Shown here piece after piece: positions 6,955 to 15,925 of a stretch of 64,000 bases of DNA. Source of the stretch: a virus (Duplodnaviria; Heunggongvirae; Uroviricota; Caudoviricetes; Demerecviridae); the IMG/VR virus record IMGVR_UViG_2706796127_000001, positions 1-64,000 of that record; one strand, 5' to 3'. Each line of letters opens with the position of its first letter. Positions within the stretch are counted from its first letter, which is position 1. Made by a program: the position numbers and the translations under genes. The notes under the pieces are model-generated. The model was not told the DNA's origin. It saw only the letters and a list, made by a program, of their open reading frames with translations, and ran no database searches.

Positions 6955-7464
6955 ATTCCTGTGTCGATATTTTTAAGAACTCTCGTAAAAACTCTTAAAA
7001 ATACAGACGATACCGGGAGAGTCATAAGTCTCACTCATTAAGTATTTCAAGACAAAATACGGTAACGTCTATTATTTTCCAGTTTAAGTCAGGGTGACTT
7101 AGTGGTTATGTCCTGCGGTATATTGAGGACTCGGTTAGGCTTGGGGTCATGACTTCCCGCCTTTTGCTGCTACTCAACAGGAATTATCGCGAATTACCTG
7201 TGCTATTGTGCACCATTAGTGACATCTCTCATGTCAGCATTTCCCACTTTGTGGATAGCTTGAAAAACTACTCCGATATGGAGAAAGAACTTCACTATCC
7301 TAGAATACCTTCTAAAGTTCTTCTTTAGTCTGGACATAGTTAAATCGTAATAAAACTATTCAGCAGACTGGTTGGTTAGTCTGGAACCAACTACCGCGTG
7401 GTTTAGGCAGTGCGCAACTAACCTCGGAAGCTTTTACATTAAAAGCACCAGTTATCCAGTTCTT

Positions 7465-7535
7465 ACCGACCGTAGGATTCGAACCTACATCTTCCACCAG
7501 TTACGGCTTGATAATACCAATTATACTAGGACGGC
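7465..7535 (-). other. degenerate tRNA-like element (no foldable anticodon arm, no CCA)
   Basis: The T-arm GTAGGTTCGAATCCTAC is canonical. The acceptor stem GCCGTCC/GGTCGGT has one mismatch. The D and anticodon arms do not fold. Confidence 0.2.
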
Positions 7536-7758
7536 AGTGTTACTACATAAGTGATTTCCACACCCCACTATTTATAAATTAGAGAAGAGTTTAGGGGAGA
7601 GGTTTCAGACGCCTCATTTTACACGTTCTAGCCACTAACCGGGATTGCCGCCCCCTGTGTACTAGTTTTACAACTAACCCACCGACTCTATTCAATGCGC
7701 TCCGGTTGGGATTCTGCATTCAGCGTAATCGGCTCGCTGTTCCCTAATTTATGAATAT

Positions 7759-7787
7759 ATTATACAGAATTTAAAGGCATTTAGCAA
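7759..7787 (-). promoter_or_regulatory. phage early promoter (TTGCTA-17-TATAAT)
   Basis: Member of the promoter family. The next ORF downstream on this strand begins about 800 nt away, at 6954. Confidence 0.55.
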
Positions 7788-7795
7788 ATAAATTT

Positions 7796-8239
7796 TTAAT
7801 TAAATTCGCCAGCAATCTGAGCAGCAGTACCACCATCATAACGCCCAGGAAATTCTTCCTTAATCGCTTTCATCAGCATACCTTTTGTAATTCCAGGGTT
7901 TAGCTTAACTAATTCTGCAAAGTATTTACGAATCTCAGTATCAGATAACTGAGGGGGCAGATACTCCTGCAACCACTTATTTAGAATGTATTCATACTGA
8001 GCAGACTGCAAGCTATAACTATCAAGATCTTGACCATGAAGTTTAGCTTTCGTCTGGTTAATGCTTTTTAGCTGAGCTTTGAGATAAGACACAAATTGTT
8101 CAGAAGTGATGAAATCTTTATCAATACGCTGAAGATCCCCAATTATGGTCTGATAGCTTTTAGCGACTTCTTTATCAGAACCATTAAACTTAGAATCCTG
8201 TAAAGCTCTACGCAAAACCTCTAAAATATTCTCTTCCAT
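7796..8239 (-). CDS. hypothetical protein (147 aa)
   Basis: The ATG overlaps the stop of the upstream small ORF in a TAATG arrangement. Confidence 0.45.
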   Translation of the reverse strand: MEENILEVLRRALQDSKFNGSDKEVAKSYQTIIGDLQRIDKDFITSEQFVSYLKAQLKSINQTKAKLHGQDLDSYSLQSAQYEYILNKWLQEYLPPQLSDTEIRKYFAELVKLNPGITKGMLMKAIKEEFPGRYDGGTAAQIAGEFN

Positions 8240-8409
8240 TATTTCATTCCTAACGCTTGGTTAAAAGATTGTTCTGTCATAACTGCTGAGACTTTGGCGA
8301 AATCAAACTTTTTAGGGTTAGCAGTAATTTCAGCCACGTTAGATGTTTTAACAGTTTTCGTAGTACGAATACCGCGAGTGTTAACACCAATGACGATCAA
8401 GTTTTTCAT
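8239..8409 (-). CDS. small hypothetical protein (56 aa), translationally coupled to the next gene
   Basis: A ribosome-binding site GAGAGGAGGCG precedes the ATG at 8409. The ORF is shorter than the ORF-track cutoff. Confidence 0.3.
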   Translation of the reverse strand: MKNLIVIGVNTRGIRTTKTVKTSNVAEITANPKKFDFAKVSAVMTEQSFNQALGMK

Positions 8410-8440
8410 ATTTCGCCTCCTCTCATTAATTTATGGAAGT

Positions 8441-8469
8441 ATTATACGGAAATTTAAGTATTTAAGCAA
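8441..8469 (-). promoter_or_regulatory. phage early promoter (TTGCTT-17-TATAAT)
   Basis: Member of the promoter family. Confidence 0.55.
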
Positions 8470-8477
8470 GTAAATTT

Positions 8478-8918
8478 TTAAGTTTTAGTGACAACAGGTT
8501 TATAAAACGTATGTCCCTTAATCTTAGTTGTTTTCTTAAACTTCTTTGTCCAGTAAGGTTTATCTTTACCACTATGGAAGTATAGTGCTCCATATGTAGG
8601 ATCTGGAATATCTAAATAATAAACGATAGTAGCTATTTCTTTAGCTGTTTGCCAGGCTTTGCTGGACTTATCTACTTTTATATTTTTAGATGTCCAGCTA
8701 TACTGAGATGGTTGATATATAACTTTACAGTAAGTAGACGGGAAATTTTCACTCTTTAATCTATTTTTTGTTACAGAGGCTACTGCCAGCTGTCCTTTAT
8801 AGTCTTCTCCCCTGCTTTCTTGATAAATTGCAGTGGCTAAGCAATTGATCTCCTTAACATTATGAGATGCATAGCTATTAAAGCTATAAAGGAAAGCGAG
8901 TAAGATACCCACTTTCAT
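8478..8918 (-). CDS. secreted SleB-type cell-wall hydrolase (Hydrolase_2-like) with signal peptide
   Basis: The N-terminus MKVGILLAFLYSFNSYAS reads as a signal peptide. The mature protein has ATAIYQESRGE...AVASVTKNR, matching the SleB/CwlJ motif. Confidence 0.55.
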   Translation of the reverse strand: MKVGILLAFLYSFNSYASHNVKEINCLATAIYQESRGEDYKGQLAVASVTKNRLKSENFPSTYCKVIYQPSQYSWTSKNIKVDKSSKAWQTAKEIATIVYYLDIPDPTYGALYFHSGKDKPYWTKKFKKTTKIKGHTFYKPVVTKT

Positions 8919-9383
8919 TTATTTTTCCCCTTTATTTGCAAAGTCTCCATGTAATATAGGTAACATTTCATCTCTCCAAGTAATGGCATCCTCTAAATTT
9001 ATAAAAGTCTTACTAGAAGTTTTCTTATTTTTATGTATCCTTACTTGATACCTTCCGTTAGCAGTACGTCGTATATTTTTAATGCCTAATTGATTATTAC
9101 TATACACTAATGAGTTGCACATGTTATCAGAATGTGTGGCATCTCTAAGATTATCAGTATAGTTATTTAATGTATTTAAATCTTTATGATCTACCTTATC
9201 AGGTAAGTACCCATTTTCTAGTAAGAAAATTAATCTATGGACTAAATAATTTTTACCTAACCAACTATACCTTAGGTATCCGCTAGACTCCAAGTATCCG
9301 CACGGTTTATCAGAGCCTCGCCTATAGAGATTCCCATCTCTATACTCAAAGTGTTTCTTTAGAAGCTCTTGGGTTAACTCCAT
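8919..9383 (-). CDS. HNH homing endonuclease (HNH_3 type)
   Basis: The protein carries VDHKDLNTLNNYTDNLR and an AP2-like C-terminal DNA-binding region. Confidence 0.6.
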   Translation of the reverse strand: MELTQELLKKHFEYRDGNLYRRGSDKPCGYLESSGYLRYSWLGKNYLVHRLIFLLENGYLPDKVDHKDLNTLNNYTDNLRDATHSDNMCNSLVYSNNQLGIKNIRRTANGRYQVRIHKNKKTSSKTFINLEDAITWRDEMLPILHGDFANKGEK

Positions 9384-9388
9384 ACATT

Positions 9389-9706
9389 TTACTCCTGCCA
9401 GTCATATTCAACACGATTGGGATTTTCTTTATACCCTAAGTCAAGTAAATCATTACGCATAATTTGCTTAGCTACTGGGTTCGAGGTTACTAGTACCACT
9501 TTCTTTGGTCTCTGTCCAAATTCTAAGAGTAAACGAAGAATTTGATAACCTTCCTTGCCGTTCGGAGCCAAATCATTGTCGAAATAAACAAAATGGCCGG
9601 TGGTATCAGTTTTATTCAGAAACTCTACAGCGGCTTCTGGGGTTCGAATGATAATGTCCATTCCGTGAAGATTACGCACATCATCAATCAAAATATGAAA
9701 AGTCAT
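9389..9706 (-). CDS. hypothetical protein (105 aa)
   Basis: ORF on the module strand, downstream of the promoter at 9737..9765. Confidence 0.4.
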   Translation of the reverse strand: MTFHILIDDVRNLHGMDIIIRTPEAAVEFLNKTDTTGHFVYFDNDLAPNGKEGYQILRLLLEFGQRPKKVVLVTSNPVAKQIMRNDLLDLGYKENPNRVEYDWQE

Positions 9707-9736
9707 AATAGCCTCGTTTCATCAATTTAAAAATAT

Positions 9737-9765
9737 ATTATACAGAAAACTTAATAAATTAGCAA
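9737..9765 (-). promoter_or_regulatory. phage early promoter (TTGCTA-17-TATAAT)
   Basis: Member of the promoter family. Confidence 0.55.
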
Positions 9766-10148
9766 ATACATTTTTAAATTGTGAAACTAGTAAACCGATA
9801 AACAGCCTAGAGGCGCCACAGGCCATATCTTATGAGCCATGTACCTTTGATCTAGGATTTGAATCATCAACGAATACTTTGCATCTTTTAGCTTTAGAAG
9901 TTTAGAAGTTTGAGTTCTTTAAACTTTTCAGCTTTCATACTTAAATGTTGATCTTTGAAGTTGTGTCGGTAATATCAACGACGCTTTGTTTTTACGTGTC
10001 AGATTAAATGTCTGATGTAATAAACATAATCTCCAATAGATTATACTTTATAGTATGGTCAGCGGTCTTATTTAACCTCGTATTTCAACCGCTGCTGCGA
10101 GGTAAGATGCTTGGGCTTTCGTCTACCGATTTACTAGCTTTTAAATTA

Positions 10149-10787
10149 TTACTCTACTTCAATGAAGGTAGAGGCGTTAGACTCGGACAGAACAAAGTCA
10201 ACATTTGTTGCAAAGTCCTGGTATTCCTCGTCTTGCTGCTTAATCAGCTTCTCCAGTTCCAGAGGATCAATCAAGAATGGAGTATTCTTGAGTTCCAGCA
10301 GGTTGAGCTGCATTTTAACTTCATCTTCGGAAGTTTTCTTATCGCGGGTAGCCATGCTATCCTGCAAACGCTCATATTTAGCATCAAACTGTGCTTTCTG
10401 CGTATTAAACTTAACCGTAGCGGCATGGAACTGCTTACGCATGTTAGCCAGCAGCTGAGCTTTAAGCTCCATAGAACGCTTAGCTTCAATTGCTTCCGCA
10501 ACAGTCATCTTACGAGAACCAATCTCAACGATTGTTTCTGCATTGCTCTTAATCAGAGCAGATTTGATACTATCACGCTTAGACATCATATCCAGCAGAG
10601 ACTGGAAATCAGTCTTAATACGAGTAGACAGATCAGCTACTTCGATTGCAGCGCCAACTACAACCTGGTTTTTATCCTTACCTTCACCAACAGCGATCAG
10701 AAGCTGCTGTTCAGTAGCTTTACGGATTTTAGCTTCCAGAGATTTGATAGTTGCCAGAGCACGAGTTTTAGAAATACGAGTAGTCAT
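10149..10787 (-). CDS. hypothetical coiled-coil protein (212 aa)
   Basis: The ORF is charged and helical, with E. coli-type codon usage. The antisense ORFs across it are low-complexity artefacts. Confidence 0.45.
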   Translation of the reverse strand: MTTRISKTRALATIKSLEAKIRKATEQQLLIAVGEGKDKNQVVVGAAIEVADLSTRIKTDFQSLLDMMSKRDSIKSALIKSNAETIVEIGSRKMTVAEAIEAKRSMELKAQLLANMRKQFHAATVKFNTQKAQFDAKYERLQDSMATRDKKTSEDEVKMQLNLLELKNTPFLIDPLELEKLIKQQDEEYQDFATNVDFVLSESNASTFIEVE

Positions 10788-11062
10788 TATTTGCTTCCTT
10801 ATATGAAGTTTGAGATTTGAATTTGTTTAGATTTGGTCTATTACAGACCAATTGCCAGCAGAGTGCGCAGAACAGTATCGTTACTGTTATCAATTTTAGG
10901 ATTAGCACGATTTAGCAGATCAAAGATTTTCTGACACCTGATTGACGTTCAGCCATACGACGGATACCCAGATTACGAGTAGCTTTCTTACCATTTTTAC
11001 GAACATTTTTAGATACTGGCATATTTGTTTTCCTTTTATTGTTTTCTCAAATTTATGAATAT

Positions 11063-11091
11063 ATTATACAGAATTTTGGAGCCGGAAGCAA
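11063..11091 (-). promoter_or_regulatory. phage early promoter (TTGCTT-17-TATAAT)
   Basis: Member of the promoter family. Confidence 0.55.
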
Positions 11092-11092
11092 A

Positions 11093-11794
11093 TCAAATTT
11101 TCATTTTTTCGATCATAGCTGCAACACAATAGCTCTCAACTAAGGCATCAAATGCCGGATCATGCTTAACCGGATAGATCCCATAACGAATAGTGTCCAT
11201 CTTCTCCATTTTAGCTATTGCCCAGCTAATACCTTCGGTTTCTAGAGCTTTATAACTGTATCCAGCTTGCATCCAGAGATTACGAAGAGATCGAACATTG
11301 CCCAAATTCCAGAATTTCCACGGAACTACTTCTTCATTGATTCCAGCATGGAACGTGTTTGCAGAGTAGATAGTCATATCAAACTCTGGGCCATTGCCAT
11401 AATACAAAGCATTTTCGCCTAGAGCCAACTCCATAATATTTTGAGCCATAGAGAAGGCAGCATAGTTTGAGCCTAATTTATTAGTGCAATGATGTTTACC
11501 ATTTTGGAAGGCAATCAGTTTTGGGTTACGTTCCTTCATAGCCTCCATAATGTGGATAGCAGACGGGCTATTTTTAGCTTGATCCATCCAGAATGCTAGA
11601 GTAGATGCTGTAACTTTGGCACCAGAATTAAGCTGATCCTGCACATCCAAAGTAACAAATACTAGATCAGGGTCTTTATCAATTCCATGCATAGCCACAA
11701 AAGCGAAAGAAGGCATTGCGATATGAGTAGTACCACAATCTCCTGGAGTTCCTAGAGATTCAATATCTAGCATACCAAATGGTTTTATTTTCAT
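11093..11794 (-). CDS. DnaQ-like DEDDh 3'-5' exonuclease
   Basis: The exo I motif is LDIESLG. The exo III-like motif is HDPAFDALVESY. Confidence 0.55.
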   Translation of the reverse strand: MKIKPFGMLDIESLGTPGDCGTTHIAMPSFAFVAMHGIDKDPDLVFVTLDVQDQLNSGAKVTASTLAFWMDQAKNSPSAIHIMEAMKERNPKLIAFQNGKHHCTNKLGSNYAAFSMAQNIMELALGENALYYGNGPEFDMTIYSANTFHAGINEEVVPWKFWNLGNVRSLRNLWMQAGYSYKALETEGISWAIAKMEKMDTIRYGIYPVKHDPAFDALVESYCVAAMIEKMKI

Positions 11795-11822
11795 AACTTA
11801 TCCTTTATTGTGTAGAAAACTA

Positions 11823-12059
11823 TTAAAGAGCTGTCTCTTTAATAGACTCCCACTTCTTGGGGTCTTTAAAACCAGGAAGCATATCCTCACTGACATCCCA
11901 GTTCTCTTCCATAGAGAAGTCGGGCCATTCATTCCAGCTACCTTCCAGCTCTTCATAACAGGTATCCATTACCTCATGACTAGAAAGTCGTGTATAATCT
12001 CTAGCGGACTTATGAGTGCTAGCACGGTTAAAATCATTCTTTACTACAAAATTACGCAT
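11823..12059 (-). CDS. hypothetical protein (78 aa)
   Basis: A ribosome-binding site GGAGAAA precedes the ORF, directly after a terminator-like hairpin. Confidence 0.4.
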   Translation of the reverse strand: MRNFVVKNDFNRASTHKSARDYTRLSSHEVMDTCYEELEGSWNEWPDFSMEENWDVSEDMLPGFKDPKKWESIKETAL

Positions 12060-12067
12060 AGTTTCTC

Positions 12068-12092
12068 CAAATAAGAGGGGCTTTCGCCCCTA
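12068..12092 (-). terminator. terminator-like hairpin (AGGGGC-GAAA-GCCCCT) plus T-run
   Basis: The stem-loop is followed on the minus strand by TCTTATTTGG. Confidence 0.4.
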
Positions 12093-12100
12093 TTTATCTA

Positions 12101-12616
12101 TTACTTCGCTTTACGCTTGCGCGCTGGTTTAGCAGATTTACGAGCAGAATCACCCGTGAACTTAATGCCTACACCGTAACACAGAGCACGAACATTATCT
12201 TTACTATACTCTACGCCAAAGATATTTGGCTTAACAGAACCAAACTGTCCACGAGTATCACGCAATACATCTGCTGTTGGTTTACGCTTCTGGTTAACTG
12301 CCTTCTCATAGTCTTTCATAGACATACCATTACGAGAGAACAATTCAGCCCCAGCGTTGAAGCTCAGGGAAACTGGGACAGATTTGTGGCCGTAATTTTC
12401 TACATACATAACCATTTTGTAGGATTTACGGGTGGCATTTTTAGCCTTAGGCTTCTGACGAATCGGAGCCGGATTATTCAGTGCTTGCGCAGCCTGAGCA
12501 TCAGTAGGATGCTTACGCAGGTGACGTTCCAGACGAGCTTTGCGATTAGCCTCAGTCTTCGGGAAAGTTTTAACTGCCGGAGCTGCTTGAGTTTTTGCGT
12601 TTTTCTGCTTAGCCAT
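12101..12616 (-). CDS. highly basic protein (171 aa), likely nucleic-acid binding
   Basis: The protein is K/R-rich at both termini. Codon usage is E. coli-optimal. Confidence 0.45.
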   Translation of the reverse strand: MAKQKNAKTQAAPAVKTFPKTEANRKARLERHLRKHPTDAQAAQALNNPAPIRQKPKAKNATRKSYKMVMYVENYGHKSVPVSLSFNAGAELFSRNGMSMKDYEKAVNQKRKPTADVLRDTRGQFGSVKPNIFGVEYSKDNVRALCYGVGIKFTGDSARKSAKPARKRKAK

Positions 12617-12654
12617 TATTTGTTTTCCTTTTTGTTTATCAATTTATGAAGTAT

Positions 12655-12683
12655 ATTATACGAGAATTTGAAGCGTTTAGCAA
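12655..12683 (-). promoter_or_regulatory. phage early promoter (TTGCTA-17-TATAAT)
   Basis: Member of the promoter family. Confidence 0.55.
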
Positions 12684-12699
12684 ATGAATTTTTTAAAAA

Positions 12700-12978
12700 T
12701 TATCTACCAACCATCTTAGCTTGTTCGGCATCTGAGACATATTGATACGCCCCTTTATTATACGCTGGAGCAGTACACATTTTCTTACGCTCAATCTCTT
12801 CTTGAGCTTTTCTTTCGCGTTCAGCTAATTCTTCATCCAGATAAACTAAACGTTGTTCTGGAGGAGGTGGAAGACGTGTCTCTGGCTCACCAATATTAGC
12901 CTTTCTTATTTGACGAGGTGATTGTGCACGTTTTCTCAATGGTTTAAATCCTAATGAATTTGAGTTATAAATTCGCAT
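12700..12978 (-). CDS. hypothetical protein (92 aa)
   Basis: ORF on the module strand. Confidence 0.35.
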   Translation of the reverse strand: MRIYNSNSLGFKPLRKRAQSPRQIRKANIGEPETRLPPPPEQRLVYLDEELAERERKAQEEIERKKMCTAPAYNKGAYQYVSDAEQAKMVGR

Positions 12979-13005
12979 AAAGCCCTCCTCACTTTCAATA
13001 CGAAT

Positions 13006-13034
13006 ATTATACTAAATTAGAGGGCTTTAAGCAA
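13006..13034 (-). promoter_or_regulatory. phage early promoter (TTGCTT-17-TATAAT)
   Basis: Member of the promoter family. Confidence 0.55.
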
Positions 13035-13055
13035 GAAAAATTTTTAATTTATTTA

Positions 13056-13532
13056 TTACATATCGGCAAGTTCTTGCTCGGTAATAACAGTATTACATAA
13101 TGCGTCAACTTCTTCATTACCTCTAATACCTGAGTGACCTTTAACCTTAATAAGGGTAGGGTTAGTATTATGAAAATTAATATACTGTTGGGTTAGTTTA
13201 AATGCTTCTTGCCAGAGTTCTAAATTGAGAGGAGCTTCACCATCTCCCTTCTTCCAACCTTTCTTCTGCCAAGACCACATCCAGCTTTCCATACCATTTT
13301 TACAGTATGCAGAGTCAGTATAAATTATAACTGGACGTTTATCATTCTTAGTAGCCCAGCGCAGAACCTCAACAATAGCTGTGAGTTCCATTTCATTGTT
13401 TGTGGTTTTTGAACTGAAACCCGACTTAGAGCCTAAACGTTCGTCATTAGGATCATAAACTACGAAACCCCAAGCACCTAAACCTGGATTACCTTTACAA
13501 GCCCCATCTGTATATATATGAAATGTACTCAT
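13056..13532 (-). CDS. rnhA: ribonuclease H (RNase HI)
   Basis: The protein has IYTDGACKGNPG, EMELTAI and YTDSAY, the RNase H catalytic D/E/D motifs. Confidence 0.8.
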   Translation of the reverse strand: MSTFHIYTDGACKGNPGLGAWGFVVYDPNDERLGSKSGFSSKTTNNEMELTAIVEVLRWATKNDKRPVIIYTDSAYCKNGMESWMWSWQKKGWKKGDGEAPLNLELWQEAFKLTQQYINFHNTNPTLIKVKGHSGIRGNEEVDALCNTVITEQELADM

Positions 13533-14071
13533 CTATTAAGTTCCTCTAAAATAGGAAGTGGTTTTGTGGAATCAAAAGTTTCTATAATAGCGTTTTTACC
13601 GTGTAAATGTAGACGAAGTTCATTGGCACATTGAATGGCGGATTTTAGGTCTTTGTACTCAAAATAACCACCATATACTGACTTTTTATCAGAGTCTCTA
13701 ACATGTACTTGCCATTTCTGATTTTGCCTATTCCAGGTAATTCCTAGATAACCAGATTTACTTCTAGTGGTTTTATTTCTCTGATTCTCTTGGTAGTTAG
13801 ATTTCCTGAGATTAATCCATCTATTATCATTTCGTATACGGTTTATGTGATCTACCATTTCTGGTAGATAGCCTTCCATATAGAGAAACGCTAGCTGATG
13901 TGCATAATATGGATTTTTATCCACGGATATAGTTATATATCCGTCTTTCCTTAGATGACCAGCAATACTTCCTGTTTTTCCGTTTCTACCCCTGACTCCC
14001 ATCCTTCTAGTAAATATTCCTGTATCGGGGTTATAATCGAATAGTTCTTTTAATCTTTCTTGTGTGATCAT
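13529..14071 (-). CDS. HNH homing endonuclease (paralog of 38005..38538)
   Basis: The N-terminus MITQERLKELFDYNPDTGIFTRR nearly matches the paralog. The protein has VDHINRIRNDNRWINL. The stop overlaps the next start as ATGA. Confidence 0.65.
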   Translation of the reverse strand: MITQERLKELFDYNPDTGIFTRRMGVRGRNGKTGSIAGHLRKDGYITISVDKNPYYAHQLAFLYMEGYLPEMVDHINRIRNDNRWINLRKSNYQENQRNKTTRSKSGYLGITWNRQNQKWQVHVRDSDKKSVYGGYFEYKDLKSAIQCANELRLHLHGKNAIIETFDSTKPLPILEELNR

Positions 14072-14451
14072 TCATCTAACCATCCTATATCTATACTAAG
14101 TAATGCTTTTATTCCTGTAATACCTGTACCATAAGTATTATACCGAATAGCACTTCTGCTCTTTACTTCAAGTATATTTTCATGCTCTGTATTTTCTAGA
14201 ATTTCTGTAGATATACCTAAATATCCTACTTGACCTTCCTCATCCCAACCCATATCTTCTAGGAGATTTAGACATAACTCTACCTTCTCATCTCCATTAC
14301 CTACAGAGTAGTAATCTTCTAAAGTCCTGAATTTAGAAGTGATAGAGTCTAGTATTAATAATACCTGTTCCTTAGTAATAGTTTCTTTATCACCCTGCAA
14401 GTAATTGGAGTAATTCAGAAGGGCTTGTTCTAATTCAATTTCTTTACTCAT
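14068..14451 (-). CDS. hypothetical acidic protein (127 aa)
   Basis: ORF coupled to the downstream HNH gene. Confidence 0.4.
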   Translation of the reverse strand: MSKEIELEQALLNYSNYLQGDKETITKEQVLLILDSITSKFRTLEDYYSVGNGDEKVELCLNLLEDMGWDEEGQVGYLGISTEILENTEHENILEVKSRSAIRYNTYGTGITGIKALLSIDIGWLDE

Positions 14452-14480
14452 TTTATTATCCTTTTGTACTTATTGAGTAT

Positions 14481-14510
14481 ATTATATTTGAAATTGTATT
14501 TAATAAGCAA
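14481..14510 (-). promoter_or_regulatory. phage early promoter (TTGCTT-18-TATAAT)
   Basis: Member of the promoter family. Confidence 0.5.
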
Positions 14511-14552
14511 ATACAATTTCAAATATAGTAGCCGCCGAAGCGGCTACTTAAG

Positions 14553-15392
14553 TTAAGAAGACATTTTAGCTTTAAGAGCTGGATGCGGATCATATCCTTC
14601 CAGCTTGAAGGACCAAGCCGCAGTATTATTCTCTAATAAATCATAGAGATCTACAAATTCTGGCATTACTAGAGTTGGCAAAGGACGTGGTTTACGTTTC
14701 ATTTGCTCTTCTACTTGCTCCATATGATCACTATAAATATGCGTATCTCCCCCACTAAAGATAAGATAACGTGGTTTTAATCCAGTCAGTTTTGCCAGGA
14801 TATGTGTTAATAAAGCATAACTAGCAATATTGAAAGGTAGGCCTAGAAAACAGTCTACAGAACGTTGTGTCCATTTAAGATCTAAGTATCCATCATTACT
14901 TACGTAACACTGGAAACCATAGTGACATGGTGGTAATGCCATCTTATCCAATTCAGCAACGTTCCATGCGGATACTAGGTGTCTACGACCATGTGGATTA
15001 TTCTTGAGACCCTCAATGAGTTCTAGAATCTGATCTCGTCCGCCAAAGTTACGCCACTGTTTACCATATACTGGTCCTAGATTACCGTTGTCATAGCCCA
15101 TACTTATAGCTTGGTCTTCATAATTTGGAGTCCAGATAGTCCACTGTCCTTCGTCACGCCCAAATGTGAATACTCGCAGATCATGGAGATTTGTAGATCC
15201 AGATAAAAACCATAGGAGTTCTCCAACTACTGATTTCCAAGCTAGACGTTTAGTGGTTACAGCGGGAAATCCCTCACGTAGGTCGAACTTAGCATAGGAA
15301 TCAAAAATTGAAACTGTGCCTGTTCCTGTACGGTCATTACGGGGTTCACCTAGTAAAATTACATCTGTTAGAATTTTTAAATATTGTTGCAT
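14553..15392 (-). CDS. thyA: thymidylate synthase
   Basis: The protein has the LPPCH active-site motif and conserved RR/Trp blocks across its length. Confidence 0.85.
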   Translation of the reverse strand: MQQYLKILTDVILLGEPRNDRTGTGTVSIFDSYAKFDLREGFPAVTTKRLAWKSVVGELLWFLSGSTNLHDLRVFTFGRDEGQWTIWTPNYEDQAISMGYDNGNLGPVYGKQWRNFGGRDQILELIEGLKNNPHGRRHLVSAWNVAELDKMALPPCHYGFQCYVSNDGYLDLKWTQRSVDCFLGLPFNIASYALLTHILAKLTGLKPRYLIFSGGDTHIYSDHMEQVEEQMKRKPRPLPTLVMPEFVDLYDLLENNTAAWSFKLEGYDPHPALKAKMSS

Positions 15393-15925
15393 TAATAAGT
15401 AACCAATTCCTGTACAAATCGCAGGCTGTTATCACTGTTTGCGCCGGTTGCGTAAACTAAACGAGTAGATTCATAGTTGTAATCTAGAATCGTATTATCC
15501 AGATGTACATCTGCCTCTAGTTTTTGATTACTAAAGATTGTGGATACAAAAGCACTTTCAATATGCCCATGAATATACATTTCGTACAGTAATGTTGCGC
15601 CACCTAAAACCACCGTCTGTTGATCTTTTAAGAATGTAGGTAATGTATCCCCAATCTTTGAAATTGGGGTATAGATACCATGTTTAATATCATCAGGCAG
15701 AGGACGATCCGCACGAATAAAGAGGTCAGATTCTCCAATCATACGTTGCCGAACAACTTCTGGAAGTGCTAAATAAGTACCCGCACCAATGATGATGTTA
15801 TCTGGGTTCAACACGTCCAGTTGAGAGTAGAAAGCATCTAATTCTTCTTTGAAGGAACCCCAGGGGAGTTTACCTCGGAGGCCGAACTCCCCATTCGGCC
15901 CAACTGCATATAATGCCGTTATCAT
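15392..15925 (-). CDS. frd: dihydrofolate reductase
   Basis: The protein has ITALYAVGPNGEFGLRGKLPW and VLGGATLLYE. The start overlaps the thyA stop. Confidence 0.7.
   Translation of the reverse strand: MITALYAVGPNGEFGLRGKLPWGSFKEELDAFYSQLDVLNPDNIIIGAGTYLALPEVVRQRMIGESDLFIRADRPLPDDIKHGIYTPISKIGDTLPTFLKDQQTVVLGGATLLYEMYIHGHIESAFVSTIFSNQKLEADVHLDNTILDYNYESTRLVYATGANSDNSLRFVQELVTY

Noticed and set aside
7426-7499. Apparent plus-strand tRNA (GGAAGCT...ATCTTCC-A-CCA) overlapping the minus-strand tRNA-like element
   Set aside because: In the plus orientation the T-loop reads ATTCGAA, which is non-canonical. The acceptor stem has a mismatch and the body is too short. The CCA looks coincidental. The minus orientation gives the canonical GTAGG-TTCGAAT-CCTAC arm.
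9790-9870. tRNA-like signature GGATTTGAATC with a CTCATAA-like segment
   Set aside because: No acceptor stem or consistent cloverleaf could be built in either orientation. It is probably an ancient tRNA remnant at best.
9888-9910. Short direct repeat TTTAGAAG x2
   Set aside because: Only two 8-nt copies are present. Nothing points to an iteron, a CRISPR array or a satellite.
10008-10820. 270-aa plus-strand ORF
   Set aside because: It is antisense to the well-formed minus-strand gene 10149..10787. It is Leu/Phe-rich and low-complexity, has no ribosome-binding site, and has no promoter on that strand in the minus-strand module.
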